Below, piece after piece: positions 1 to 8,471 of a stretch of 32,000 nucleotides of DNA (position 1 is its first letter; each line of letters begins with the position of its first letter). The stretch is taken from positions 231,020-263,019 of the forward strand of contig NZ_JACJRF010000001.1 of assembly GCF_014697105.1 (NCBI RefSeq). The letters run 5' to 3'. A model generated the notes under the pieces. It did no database searches, was not told the origin of the DNA, and worked only from the letters and a program-made list of their open reading frames with translations. The stretch is from Anabaena subtropica FACHB-260 (lineage in GTDB: Bacteria > Cyanobacteriota > Cyanobacteriia > Cyanobacteriales > Nostocaceae). The position numbers and the translations under genes are program-made.

Positions 1-84
1 CTGAAAGAAAAACTGGAAAGTATTAAAGCTTGAGTTTTTTTGTTAGTAAGATTCATGTGAGCAATCATAACTGTCAATTAATCT

Positions 85-90
85 AAGGAG
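85..90 (+). promoter_or_regulatory. Shine-Dalgarno-like AAGGAG in front of the leuC-like gene
   Basis: AAGGAG at 85-90 lies 9 nt upstream of the in-frame GTG at 100. The tracked TTG at 91 abuts the motif and is a less likely start. Confidence 0.5.
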
Positions 91-99
91 TTGTGTCTC

Positions 100-1545
100 G
101 TGGGAAAAAGCTTATATGAGAAAGTGTTTGAGTATCACACTATCAAACAATTACCTTCTGGACTCTATCAAATATTGGTAGGATTACATCTCATCCATGA
201 AGCTACTTCCCCGCAAGCCTTCTCCATGCTTCAGGAGCGCAATTTAAATGTCATGTTTCCTGATCGCACCTTCGCCACAGTTGATCACATCATCCCTACA
301 TCAGGATGCGATCGCCCTTTGTCAGATCCACTGGCTGAAGATATGTTAGTAGCTCTGGAAAAAAATACTGCTGAATATGGAATTAAGTTTTTTTCTCCTA
401 ATACTAACCAGCAAGGAATTATTCATGTAATTGCACCAGAAAAAGGTTTGACACAACCAGGTATGATTATTTGTTGTGGTGATTCTCATACTTCTACTCA
501 TGGGGCATTTGGAGCCATTGCATTGGGTATAGGTACCACCCAAATTCGTGATGTTTTAGCCTCTCAAACATTGGCAATGCCAAAATTGAAAGTTAGAAGA
601 ATTGATGTCAACGGTAAACTCAAATCTGGTGTTTATGCCAAAGATGTCATCTTACATATTATCAATCATCTCGGTGCCAAAGCTGGAGTAGGTTACGCTT
701 ATGAATACGGAGGTGATTTAATTGATAATTTGTCAATGGATGAGCGCATGACTATCTGTAATATGTCTATTGAAGGAGGCGCACGCTGCGGATATATCAA
801 CCCAGATCAAAAGACTTATGATTATCTCCAAGGACGAGAATTTGCCCCTCAAGAAAATAGCTGGAAACAAGCTATTGCTTATTGGGAATCTATAAAATCT
901 GACCCTGATACCTATTACGATGATCGGGTAATGTTCAAAGCAGAAGATATTGAACCGATGGTGACTTGGGGTATTAGCAGTGACCAATCTATAGGTATTA
1001 ATGAAACCATTCCTAGCTTCAGTCAGTTTCATGAATCAGAGCGCAACTTGATTGCAGAAGCTTATCAATATATGTCCTTTCAACCAGGTGCTTCCATCAA
1101 AGGTACTAAAATTGATGTAGCATTTATCGGTTCTTGCTCCAATGGTCGGTTTTCAGATTTAGAAACAGTTGCTCAATTATTAATTCAAAATAGAGGACTG
1201 AAAGTATCTCCCCATGTCAAGGCTTTAATTGTTCCTGGTTCTCAACAAGTCAGAGCCGAAATAATTAAACATGGTTATGACAAAGTATTCCAAGATGCTG
1301 GCTTTGAATTCCGAGAATCGGGATGTTCAATGTGTGTAGGAATCAATCCGGATAAACTCATCGGAAATCAAATTTGCGCCTCTTCATCAACTCGTAATTT
1401 TAAGGGAAGACAAGGTTCTCCTCAAGGTAGAACATTATTAATGTCTCCAGTTATGGTAGCTGCTGCTGCTATTGCAGGTGAACTTGTTGATGCGCGAAAT
1501 TTTTGGAAAATTAATTCAATTACACCCGCATTAGTTGGCGCTTGA
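100..1545 (+). CDS. leuC: 3-isopropylmalate dehydratase large subunit-like protein (aconitase family, LeuC type)
   Basis: ORF 91-1545, with the start moved to the GTG at 100 (gives [10 protein letters not shown], typical of LeuC N-termini). LeuC-type motifs are present: [44 protein letters not shown] (three Fe-S cysteines retained) and NFKGRQG. Confidence 0.85.
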   Translation: MGKSLYEKVFEYHTIKQLPSGLYQILVGLHLIHEATSPQAFSMLQERNLNVMFPDRTFATVDHIIPTSGCDRPLSDPLAEDMLVALEKNTAEYGIKFFSPNTNQQGIIHVIAPEKGLTQPGMIICCGDSHTSTHGAFGAIALGIGTTQIRDVLASQTLAMPKLKVRRIDVNGKLKSGVYAKDVILHIINHLGAKAGVGYAYEYGGDLIDNLSMDERMTICNMSIEGGARCGYINPDQKTYDYLQGREFAPQENSWKQAIAYWESIKSDPDTYYDDRVMFKAEDIEPMVTWGISSDQSIGINETIPSFSQFHESERNLIAEAYQYMSFQPGASIKGTKIDVAFIGSCSNGRFSDLETVAQLLIQNRGLKVSPHVKALIVPGSQQVRAEIIKHGYDKVFQDAGFEFRESGCSMCVGINPDKLIGNQICASSSTRNFKGRQGSPQGRTLLMSPVMVAAAAIAGELVDARNFWKINSITPALVGA

Positions 1546-1562
1546 GTTAGAAGATAAGCACA

Positions 1563-2177
1563 ATGAAAAATAATAAATCTATTATCTCTGCAACAGCAAT
1601 TAGTATTCATGGTGATGATATTGATACGGATAGAATTTTACCTGCTCGTTTTGTAAAAACACTAGTTTTTGACAAATTAGGTCAATACATTTTTGCAGAT
1701 GAAAGAATACAAAAACAACAACAATTTCAAATACATCCTTTAGATAATCCTGTCTATGCTGATGCTCAGTTGATGTTTGTTAATAAAAACTTTGGCTGCG
1801 GCTCTTCACGAGAACACGCGCCGCAAGGTATCAAACGATGGGGTAAAGGTATCAAAGCAATTATTGGTGAATCATTTGCAGAAATTTTTTTTGGTAACTG
1901 TAACGCTATTGGTCTTTTGTGTCTAACAGCTAGTACTGATATTCTAACGCAACTGATTAACTTGAATAAATGTGATCCGCAAATGAAATTTCATTTAGAT
2001 ATTCAGTCTTTAACTATTGCTTGTGAAAATAACAAATTTCCTGTATGGATGCCTGAAGGATTAAGGCAAAATTTTCTATCTGGTCATCAAGATTCGTTAC
2101 TGGAATTATTATCAGTTAGGCAGGAAATTATTAATACTGCTGAAAGAGTTCCTTATTTCCAATATTTAGAAGCATGA
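1563..2177 (+). CDS. leuD: 3-isopropylmalate dehydratase small subunit-like protein (LeuD type)
   Basis: 204-aa ORF starting 17 nt after the leuC-like stop. Motifs GDDIDTDRILPARF and NFGCGSSREHAPQ are typical of LeuD / the aconitase swivel domain. Confidence 0.85.
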   Translation: MKNNKSIISATAISIHGDDIDTDRILPARFVKTLVFDKLGQYIFADERIQKQQQFQIHPLDNPVYADAQLMFVNKNFGCGSSREHAPQGIKRWGKGIKAIIGESFAEIFFGNCNAIGLLCLTASTDILTQLINLNKCDPQMKFHLDIQSLTIACENNKFPVWMPEGLRQNFLSGHQDSLLELLSVRQEIINTAERVPYFQYLEA

Positions 2178-2246
2178 AGCAAATAAAAATCTTGTTTTAG
2201 TGTAGATATTTACATTTTTTTGAGTGTTAACTGTGGAAAAACGTCA

Positions 2247-3626
2247 ATGAGTAATGATAAAAATTCAGTTGCAGATATGAAGATTGAGCAACTTAATGGA
2301 AGTAACTCGGTAACTACAATTATTAAAGAAGAAGAAACTCTCACTAACAATTTAACAAAAGAACCTAGTCCAGATTCTGTAAAAAATCCTGAGCATCAAT
2401 CAGATTTTCGATTTAAGAAACAATTTTTGATTTTATTATGTGGTTTAGGTATAGTAGGGCTATTAGTAGCCTTCCTCTGGCAAAGACAAGGGAAAGTAAA
2501 AAGTATTCAAGCCTTTATTAATAGTGAAATTGTCTACGTTCGCGCTCCTATACCAGGAAAATTATCTTTAACAACTCAGCCAGAATTAGGTCAGCAACTG
2601 ACAAAAACAAAAGTAATTGGTAGTATTTCCGGTGATGTCGAAAACCAATTGGTATCATCGCTAAAAATCAATCAACAGACGCTAACATCACGTCTTGATA
2701 ATAATCGAGAGCGCCTAGCCGGACTCAATCAACAACTGAGAAATCGCACTAATTTACTAACGCAATTTAGTAATGCTAGTCAAGAACAACAAAAACTTCA
2801 GATTAAATTTGGACAATCTCAAGTTGATCAATTTGAAAATGATTTGATGAGAGCGCAAGCTGAGGCTGATATAGCTCAATCTGATGCAAAGCGTGCGGAT
2901 TTTTTACTGACAGAAGGTGCTATCAGCAAAGCAGCTCAAGAGCAGAAAGTCACACAAGCAAGACAAGCTCAAGCAGCATTATCAGCAGCGCGTTCCAGAG
3001 TTGAGCAACATAAACTCAGTTTGAATGCTGCGGCTAAGGGGTTACAGTTAGATGGCCCTCGTAGTTATAGTTATCCAGATATTCGCACCATTGAACTGAA
3101 GACGGAAATTGCAGATTTAAAAAATCAGATTTCTGACTTGCAGATTGAAATTCGAGGTAACGAAGCTGAGTTAGCTAGAGTACGTCAGGAGTTGAAAACC
3201 CAGAATCACATTTTAGTGCGATCGCCACAAGAAGGAGTGATTTGGTCGATTGAAGCACATTCCGGCGAAGTTCTTACAGCCAATGCTCCTATTTTGAAGT
3301 TAATTAACTGCAAGAACGTATGGGTAGAAGCCTTTATTGATGAGCGAGATGCTATTGCATTACAAATTGGACAATCTGTAGATGTTCATCTCATTGGCTC
3401 TCAAAAGATGTGGCCGGGAAAAATACAAACTATCAGAGCCGGTACAGGACGAGTGACAGTTGGACAATATGTTGTCGAACCACCCCCAGAAATTGAACGT
3501 CGCCAACTTCCCGTTCGTGTTGTCACTGCAAAAATTCAAGTTGATTGGTCAGACTCTTTGGACGCAGATAATTTCTGTAGTGCAGGTAGGAGTGTTGAAG
3601 TTAAAATTCGGAAAAATCAAAATTAA
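2247..3626 (+). CDS. HlyD-family periplasmic adaptor (membrane fusion protein)
   Basis: ORF 2220-3626; the first ATG is at 2247, with alternatives TTG 2220 and ATG 2277. It has one N-terminal TM helix (FLILLCGLGIVGLLVAFLW), a VRAPIPGKL lipoyl-like strand, a long Q/A-rich coiled coil, and a C-terminal beta domain (VRSPQEGVIW, VWVEAFIDE). Confidence 0.75.
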   Translation: MSNDKNSVADMKIEQLNGSNSVTTIIKEEETLTNNLTKEPSPDSVKNPEHQSDFRFKKQFLILLCGLGIVGLLVAFLWQRQGKVKSIQAFINSEIVYVRAPIPGKLSLTTQPELGQQLTKTKVIGSISGDVENQLVSSLKINQQTLTSRLDNNRERLAGLNQQLRNRTNLLTQFSNASQEQQKLQIKFGQSQVDQFENDLMRAQAEADIAQSDAKRADFLLTEGAISKAAQEQKVTQARQAQAALSAARSRVEQHKLSLNAAAKGLQLDGPRSYSYPDIRTIELKTEIADLKNQISDLQIEIRGNEAELARVRQELKTQNHILVRSPQEGVIWSIEAHSGEVLTANAPILKLINCKNVWVEAFIDERDAIALQIGQSVDVHLIGSQKMWPGKIQTIRAGTGRVTVGQYVVEPPPEIERRQLPVRVVTAKIQVDWSDSLDADNFCSAGRSVEVKIRKNQN

Positions 3627-3631
3627 CTGGT

Positions 3632-4810
3632 ATGAAATCTAATATTTTCTTTTTCTATTCATACCGAATTATATCAAGAATGTATTTCCATTTACCTGTG
3701 TTATTTCTGCACTTATTCTTATCAGGTATGGGTATTTTACTCACCGAAACATTGCTGATGGTTTATGGTTTATCAATTATGTTGAATACCAAAACAAATT
3801 CCTTTTTGTTAAACTATATGCCACAAAAATCTGTGATCGCTTTAGGGGAACTATTAAAGGCGATCGGTTTGTTTCTCATTATTTGGGGAACAAGAGTAGG
3901 TAATACTAACTTTTGGCTACCTTTTTTGGGGCAAATAATCGGCGGAAGTGGATTTAGTTTAGCGATTAGTAGTGATTCTAGTTTATTACGTTCAATTACT
4001 AGTAAATCTTCAACAGACTTATTTAATAATATTCAATCTAAATCTCAAAGCTTGATGTTCTTGTCTACTCTATTAGCAGGAGTTATCGGTAGCATTTTAT
4101 TTGATTATGAAGCCCATTGGCCTTTTTATATCTCAATGTTGGCGAATGCTATGGCAATTATATCTATTTTGTTAATTTCCGAAGAACCAAATTTAAGTAA
4201 GCAAAAAACATCCTCCTCTAAAACTCACAATTCAATTCAAAAGCCCAAAATTACTGCGGAACAAGGATTTTGGATGAATTACTATGCTTTATCTCGTGCT
4301 TTTTTACTAGCATCCTTTGTAGGGTTCTTACCTTTTTTCTTTTTGATGCTGCAAGTAGATATACCATTTTTTGGTCTAGTTCTCAGTTTATTTAGTATAG
4401 GTGCATTTTTTTCCGCACTTTATAGTTCTCAACTGATGAAAGTCATTGGTATTAATAATTTTATAATTATCACTATGGGATGTACTTTAATTTCTATGAT
4501 TTTGTTTAGTATATTTGAGGATTTTGGTATTAGCTTAATTGCTATATTATTGCTGGGATTTGGCTCAGGCTGCATACGACCACTGACAATGAAAAACTTA
4601 GACCTCAGCAACCTAAATCCTCAACAGAGAGCAAGTATTTTATCTACTATGGAACAACGTTTTAGCATAATAAATGCCGTGTTGTTATTAGTAGGTGGAT
4701 ATATATTGATTGAATATAACTTTCAATCTCTCATGATTCAAATAACAATAGCCTACGTCATAGCTATTCTTATTGGATTTACATCAAGTACAATGACAAG
4801 CAGGAGTTAA
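3632..4810 (+). CDS. MFS-type multi-pass membrane transporter
   Basis: 392-aa ORF starting 5 nt after the HlyD stop. It is hydrophobic throughout, with about 10-12 predicted helices split by a polar central loop (EEPNLSKQKTSSSKTHNS), which is the usual MFS 6+6 layout. Confidence 0.65.
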   Translation: MKSNIFFFYSYRIISRMYFHLPVLFLHLFLSGMGILLTETLLMVYGLSIMLNTKTNSFLLNYMPQKSVIALGELLKAIGLFLIIWGTRVGNTNFWLPFLGQIIGGSGFSLAISSDSSLLRSITSKSSTDLFNNIQSKSQSLMFLSTLLAGVIGSILFDYEAHWPFYISMLANAMAIISILLISEEPNLSKQKTSSSKTHNSIQKPKITAEQGFWMNYYALSRAFLLASFVGFLPFFFLMLQVDIPFFGLVLSLFSIGAFFSALYSSQLMKVIGINNFIIITMGCTLISMILFSIFEDFGISLIAILLLGFGSGCIRPLTMKNLDLSNLNPQQRASILSTMEQRFSIINAVLLLVGGYILIEYNFQSLMIQITIAYVIAILIGFTSSTMTSRS

Positions 4811-4814
4811 ATTC

Positions 4815-5243
4815 ATGGCTAATTTAGTTACCAAGCAAAGCATTTCTCAAGAACTAGCTCAAAAATTATTAAATGAGGCTGAATTTAAAGCACAAGAATT
4901 AGGCATACCTGCATCGATTGCAATATGTGATGAAAGTGGTGTACTTAAAGTGTTTGCTCGGATGGACGGCGCGCCTTTAATGAGTATTGAATTAGCAATT
5001 AAGAAAGCAAAAACATCTGTAGGATTTGGATTATCTACTGCTGATTTATTTAACTTTATCAAAAATGATCCTCCATTATGTATGGGTGCGCCACACATTG
5101 AAGATTTGGTTGTTTTTGGTGGCGGTCATCCTATCAAGGTTGATGGTCAAATCGTCGGAGGAATTGGAGTTAGTGGTGGCCACTATTCTTATGATGTCCA
5201 ATGTGTCGAAAAAGCTTTAGAACTTCTTGAAAATTCAGTTTAA
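4815..5243 (+). CDS. GlcG/HbpS-like (DUF336) heme-binding family protein
   Basis: 142-aa ORF starting 4 nt after the MFS stop. Family-typical stretches: IAICDESGVLKVFARMDGA, SIELAIKKAKTS and GGIGVSGG. Confidence 0.75.
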   Translation: MANLVTKQSISQELAQKLLNEAEFKAQELGIPASIAICDESGVLKVFARMDGAPLMSIELAIKKAKTSVGFGLSTADLFNFIKNDPPLCMGAPHIEDLVVFGGGHPIKVDGQIVGGIGVSGGHYSYDVQCVEKALELLENSV

Positions 5244-5265
5244 AAACTAAATATCTAAATATTTG

Positions 5266-5304
5266 GGATAGTTATAAATTTTTATATAACTATCCTATTT
5301 TTTT
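5266..5304 (+). terminator. Rho-independent terminator closing the leuC-like to DUF336 operon
   Basis: Perfect 11-bp stem GGATAGTTATA (5266-5276) / TATAACTATCC (5285-5295) with an 8-nt loop, followed by TATTTTTTT. Confidence 0.8.
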
Positions 5305-5378
5305 AAATTTTTCGTAAAACTGCATATTTTTAATAAAAATCATAGTTATTTATATATGATTTTTATCTTGATTTTATT

Positions 5379-6389
5379 ATGACAAGTACTTTCTTTTGTT
5401 CTCATCAATCAAGACTGGCAAGCGAATCACTTATTGGCAGTGCTAATAATGTCCAGGCTTATATTTTAATTGAATGTCCTCCACCTTGGGAATCAGAAGC
5501 GTTTGATTCTAAATATATCCCTAGTGACTTAAAAATTCTGGTAAATGAATGTAAAACAGCTAAATTACCTATCAAATTTCTTCTGATCGCTAACAATAAT
5601 TCTGAAAAATCAGGGCAGACAAAATTATTAATTTATCACAGGAAAGCTGGGCTAAGTAATGGATATAATAAGCGAGAATTCAACCTAAAAAATATTGAAG
5701 AAGTAGCAGAAATTGTTAGAGCATGGTTTTGGGGAAAAAATATTAGCAATGAAGTAGATATAACTGTAAGCAGAGATATTTTAGTTTGTACTCATGGCAG
5801 TCATGATAAATGCTGTGCTAGATATGGAAATCCCTTTTATTATCATGCTGCGGCTACTATTACTGATTTAAATTTGAAAAATGTGCGTATTTGGAAATCA
5901 ACTCATTTTGGTGGACATAGGTTTGCACCGACAATGATCGACCTACCGGAAGGAAGGTATTATGGTGTTCTTGAGCAGAATTCATTTAAGTCAATTTTGA
6001 CTCGCACTGGCAATATTAATCTTTTGAAGGATGTTTACCGGGGATGGAGTATTTTTCCTAGTTCACTTCAAATTCTTGAAAGGGAATTGCTTTTACGCTA
6101 TGGATGGGACTGGTTTAACTACAAGGTAGGGGGGAGAATTATTGAACAGAGTTCAGACCAAAGTATGATTTTAGCTGAACTGAATTTTGAAAATACTGGT
6201 GGTGATCAATTTACTTACCAAGCTGATATTTTAAAAGATGAAACTTTAACTGTGAGCTTGAAAAATTCTTGCCATGCAATGCTAGAGTCAGTAATTTTTC
6301 AATATTCCATATACAATCTGAAACAAGTAGGCAATAGAAATAACTTATTAGAAGCTGCCAACAATTCACTACTGACAACGCTGATTTAA
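5379..6389 (+). CDS. Sucrase/ferredoxin-like (thioredoxin-like fold) family protein
   Basis: 336-aa ORF with the family Cys/His signature ILVCTHGSHDKCCARYG and STHFGGHRFAPT. It has its own AT-rich upstream region after the terminator. Confidence 0.65.
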   Translation: MTSTFFCSHQSRLASESLIGSANNVQAYILIECPPPWESEAFDSKYIPSDLKILVNECKTAKLPIKFLLIANNNSEKSGQTKLLIYHRKAGLSNGYNKREFNLKNIEEVAEIVRAWFWGKNISNEVDITVSRDILVCTHGSHDKCCARYGNPFYYHAAATITDLNLKNVRIWKSTHFGGHRFAPTMIDLPEGRYYGVLEQNSFKSILTRTGNINLLKDVYRGWSIFPSSLQILERELLLRYGWDWFNYKVGGRIIEQSSDQSMILAELNFENTGGDQFTYQADILKDETLTVSLKNSCHAMLESVIFQYSIYNLKQVGNRNNLLEAANNSLLTTLI

Positions 6390-6582
6390 TTAAAAGTTTA
6401 GTGAAAACACTGTTAAACATGATTACTGCTCTGATTCTGGAAATCTTGCTTGGTAACGCGGTGATAACTCTAGCAGTGGCACTATTGAAGCTAGGCTTTT
6501 CTACTACATCTGCGTTTTGGCTCAGTCTTGGTTAATTGTGTTTGTTGTCTGGTGATGGGGAGATATGCGTTTAGCGATGTGG

Positions 6583-6691
6583 ATAATGACTAATTGACCA
6601 ATTACGTGGGATGCTGGTTGATTGGTGAGGTGAGTAGTCTATAGTCCAAAAGCTAGTAACTAATGACTATTGACTAATGACCAATGACTGT
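6583..6691. repeat. STRR-like heptamer repeats (TGACTAA/TGACCAA family)
   Basis: 6657-6691 reads TAACTAA TGACTAT TGACTAA TGACCAA TGACTGT, five tandem 7-mers. Related TGACTAA / TGACCAA copies occur at 6587-6601. Short heptamer tandems also occur at 18176-18196, 21346-21368, 23985-24012 and 29710-29723. Confidence 0.7.
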
Positions 6692-6708
6692 TAGGTGAGT
6701 ATTTAGCA

Positions 6709-7614
6709 ATGTCTGTTGTTTCTTCTGTCACAGTAAAGGTTCCCGCCACAACTGCTAATTTGGGGCCTGGTTTTGACTGCATCGGTGCAGCCTTGACTAT
6801 ATATAATCAGTTCCAGTTCAACCGCTTGGATGAAGGGTTAATTATTCAGGTCACGGGCGCAGAAGCGGAACGAGTGCAAACAGATGAGAGTAATTTACTT
6901 TATCAGGCGTTTGTCAAGTTATATCAATATATAGATCAGCCAACGCCAGGAGTGAAAATAGAGATTGAGTTGGGTGTACCTTTGGCGCGGGGTTTGGGTA
7001 GTTCGGCCACAGCCATTGTTGGGGGTTTGGTGGCGGCGAATAGATTAGCGGGTGAACCCCTATCTCAAGAGCAGGTGATGGAATTAGCGATCGCCATTGA
7101 AGGACATCCTGATAATGTAGTCCCAGCTTTGTTGGGGGGATGTCGTCTGGCTGCTACTAGTGCTAAGGGTTGGGAAATTTGCGATGTTCCCTGGCATAGT
7201 GATGTTGTTCCAGTGGTAGCGATTCCTGATTTTGAATTGTCAACCTCAGAGGCGCGGCGAGTTTTACCAACAGAATATAGTCGTGCAGATGCAATTTTCA
7301 ATACTGCCCATTTAGGTTTATTGTTGCGTGGCTTGGAAACAGGTAAGAGAGAATGGTTAAGGGCAGCTTTACAAGATAAGTTACATCAGCCTTATCGCCA
7401 AGCTTTAATTCCTGGTTACGATGCTGTGAATACTGCGGCTGTGAAGGCTGGTGCTTACGGTATGGTGATTAGTGGCGCGGGGCCAACATTGTTGGCTTTA
7501 GCTAATGTATCTCATGCGGGAGCTGTTGAGGCGGCAATGTCCACAGCTTGGCAAGAAGCAGGAATTACGGCTGTAGTGCGATCGCTTGCTCTCGATACTC
7601 ATGGCGCAACTTAA
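6709..7614 (+). CDS. thrB: Homoserine kinase
   Basis: N-terminus [21 protein letters not shown] and GHMP-kinase motif [14 protein letters not shown]. Length 301 aa. Confidence 0.92.
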   Translation: MSVVSSVTVKVPATTANLGPGFDCIGAALTIYNQFQFNRLDEGLIIQVTGAEAERVQTDESNLLYQAFVKLYQYIDQPTPGVKIEIELGVPLARGLGSSATAIVGGLVAANRLAGEPLSQEQVMELAIAIEGHPDNVVPALLGGCRLAATSAKGWEICDVPWHSDVVPVVAIPDFELSTSEARRVLPTEYSRADAIFNTAHLGLLLRGLETGKREWLRAALQDKLHQPYRQALIPGYDAVNTAAVKAGAYGMVISGAGPTLLALANVSHAGAVEAAMSTAWQEAGITAVVRSLALDTHGAT

Positions 7615-7630
7615 CAATTCAAAATTCATA

Positions 7631-8170
7631 ATGAAAGAACTTAACCCCAGTTTGCCTTTAGAGCAAATTCAGTCGGAGATGACGGCGCTTAAGTCACAAA
7701 TCCAAGTGCTTGAGCAGGAACGTGCTGCACTCACCATTAATAATGATGTGATTACTCACGAGAATGATTCACCTTTCGCAATTGTCGAAGCTTATCGCCG
7801 CCAAGCGCGGGAAAATGCCCAACTATTTGCTGAACTCAAAGGCATAGAAGATGCGATCGCTGCTTTAGACTTGCAGTTACAGTACAAAAAAACTGAATTA
7901 GCCCGTTTACCAAGAAGACTTCAACAAATTAACCAAGAACAACAGCTAGAAGCAGCCAAAGAAGTCGCTCAAGTCCATGCTGAACGAATCAATCAAATAG
8001 CGGGGGAATTAGCCACGGAAATTCGCCTGCTCAAAGCTTGTGCCGATGAACTCAGTCCCTTGTATTGGCAAGTGTATTACAAGCCTTTCATCACGGGATT
8101 CAAAACGATCTCAGTTCCTTATGTCCGTTCAGATGGGGCAGTTTGGACTATTGTCAATCGCATTGTTTAG
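7631..8170 (+). CDS. Hypothetical coiled-coil protein
   Basis: ORF 7586-8170. The ATG at 7631 avoids overlap with thrB; the alternative is ATG 7601. Heptad-rich Q/E/L sequence with no recognised domain. Confidence 0.55.
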   Translation: MKELNPSLPLEQIQSEMTALKSQIQVLEQERAALTINNDVITHENDSPFAIVEAYRRQARENAQLFAELKGIEDAIAALDLQLQYKKTELARLPRRLQQINQEQQLEAAKEVAQVHAERINQIAGELATEIRLLKACADELSPLYWQVYYKPFITGFKTISVPYVRSDGAVWTIVNRIV

Positions 8171-8232
8171 CAAACCTTGACATTTTGATCGCTGATAACC
8201 ATATAGAAGTAGGCGTAATATTACAATTCGTG

Positions 8233-8258
8233 ACGGTGGTCTGAGCCACCGTTTTTTA
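8233..8258 (+). terminator. Rho-independent terminator
   Basis: Stem ACGGTGG (8233-8239) / CCACCGT (8246-8252), loop TCTGAG, then a T-run. Confidence 0.7.
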
Positions 8259-8471
8259 TTGACGTTGCAAAACTTTACAAATACAATGAGTCAGCGACCA
8301 ATTTTGATGAGTATTTATTCCTTTTTATGCTGATAATTGCCATTGTTATGGGTATATATTCTTATCAACTCTCAAAATTTAATTATTCAGAGATAAATAA
8401 AGTTTACAAAAGTACGAATTCCTTAATATAATGTAATTAAAAGCGAAAACAAAAAAAGATTGTCAGAAGTA

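Noticed and set aside
1-33. Possible 3' end of an upstream plus-strand gene (frame 1 reads LKEKLESIKA, then TGA at 31-33, followed by a T-run).
   Set aside because: Only 10 codons are visible, so it cannot be identified or confirmed as coding. It is mentioned only as a hint that the operon may continue to the left.
346-1610. Minus-strand ORFs 346-543, 733-1032 and 1422-1610 inside the leuC-like gene.
   Set aside because: They are antisense shadows of a well-supported CDS, with low-complexity translations and no motifs.
3460-3642. Plus-strand ORF 3460-3642, which overlaps the end of the HlyD gene in another frame.
   Set aside because: It is fully nested in or overlapping a supported CDS and has no independent signal. 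The same applies to 4429-4611, 4859-5098, 5026-5220, 6211-6420, 7065-7301 and 8789-9061.
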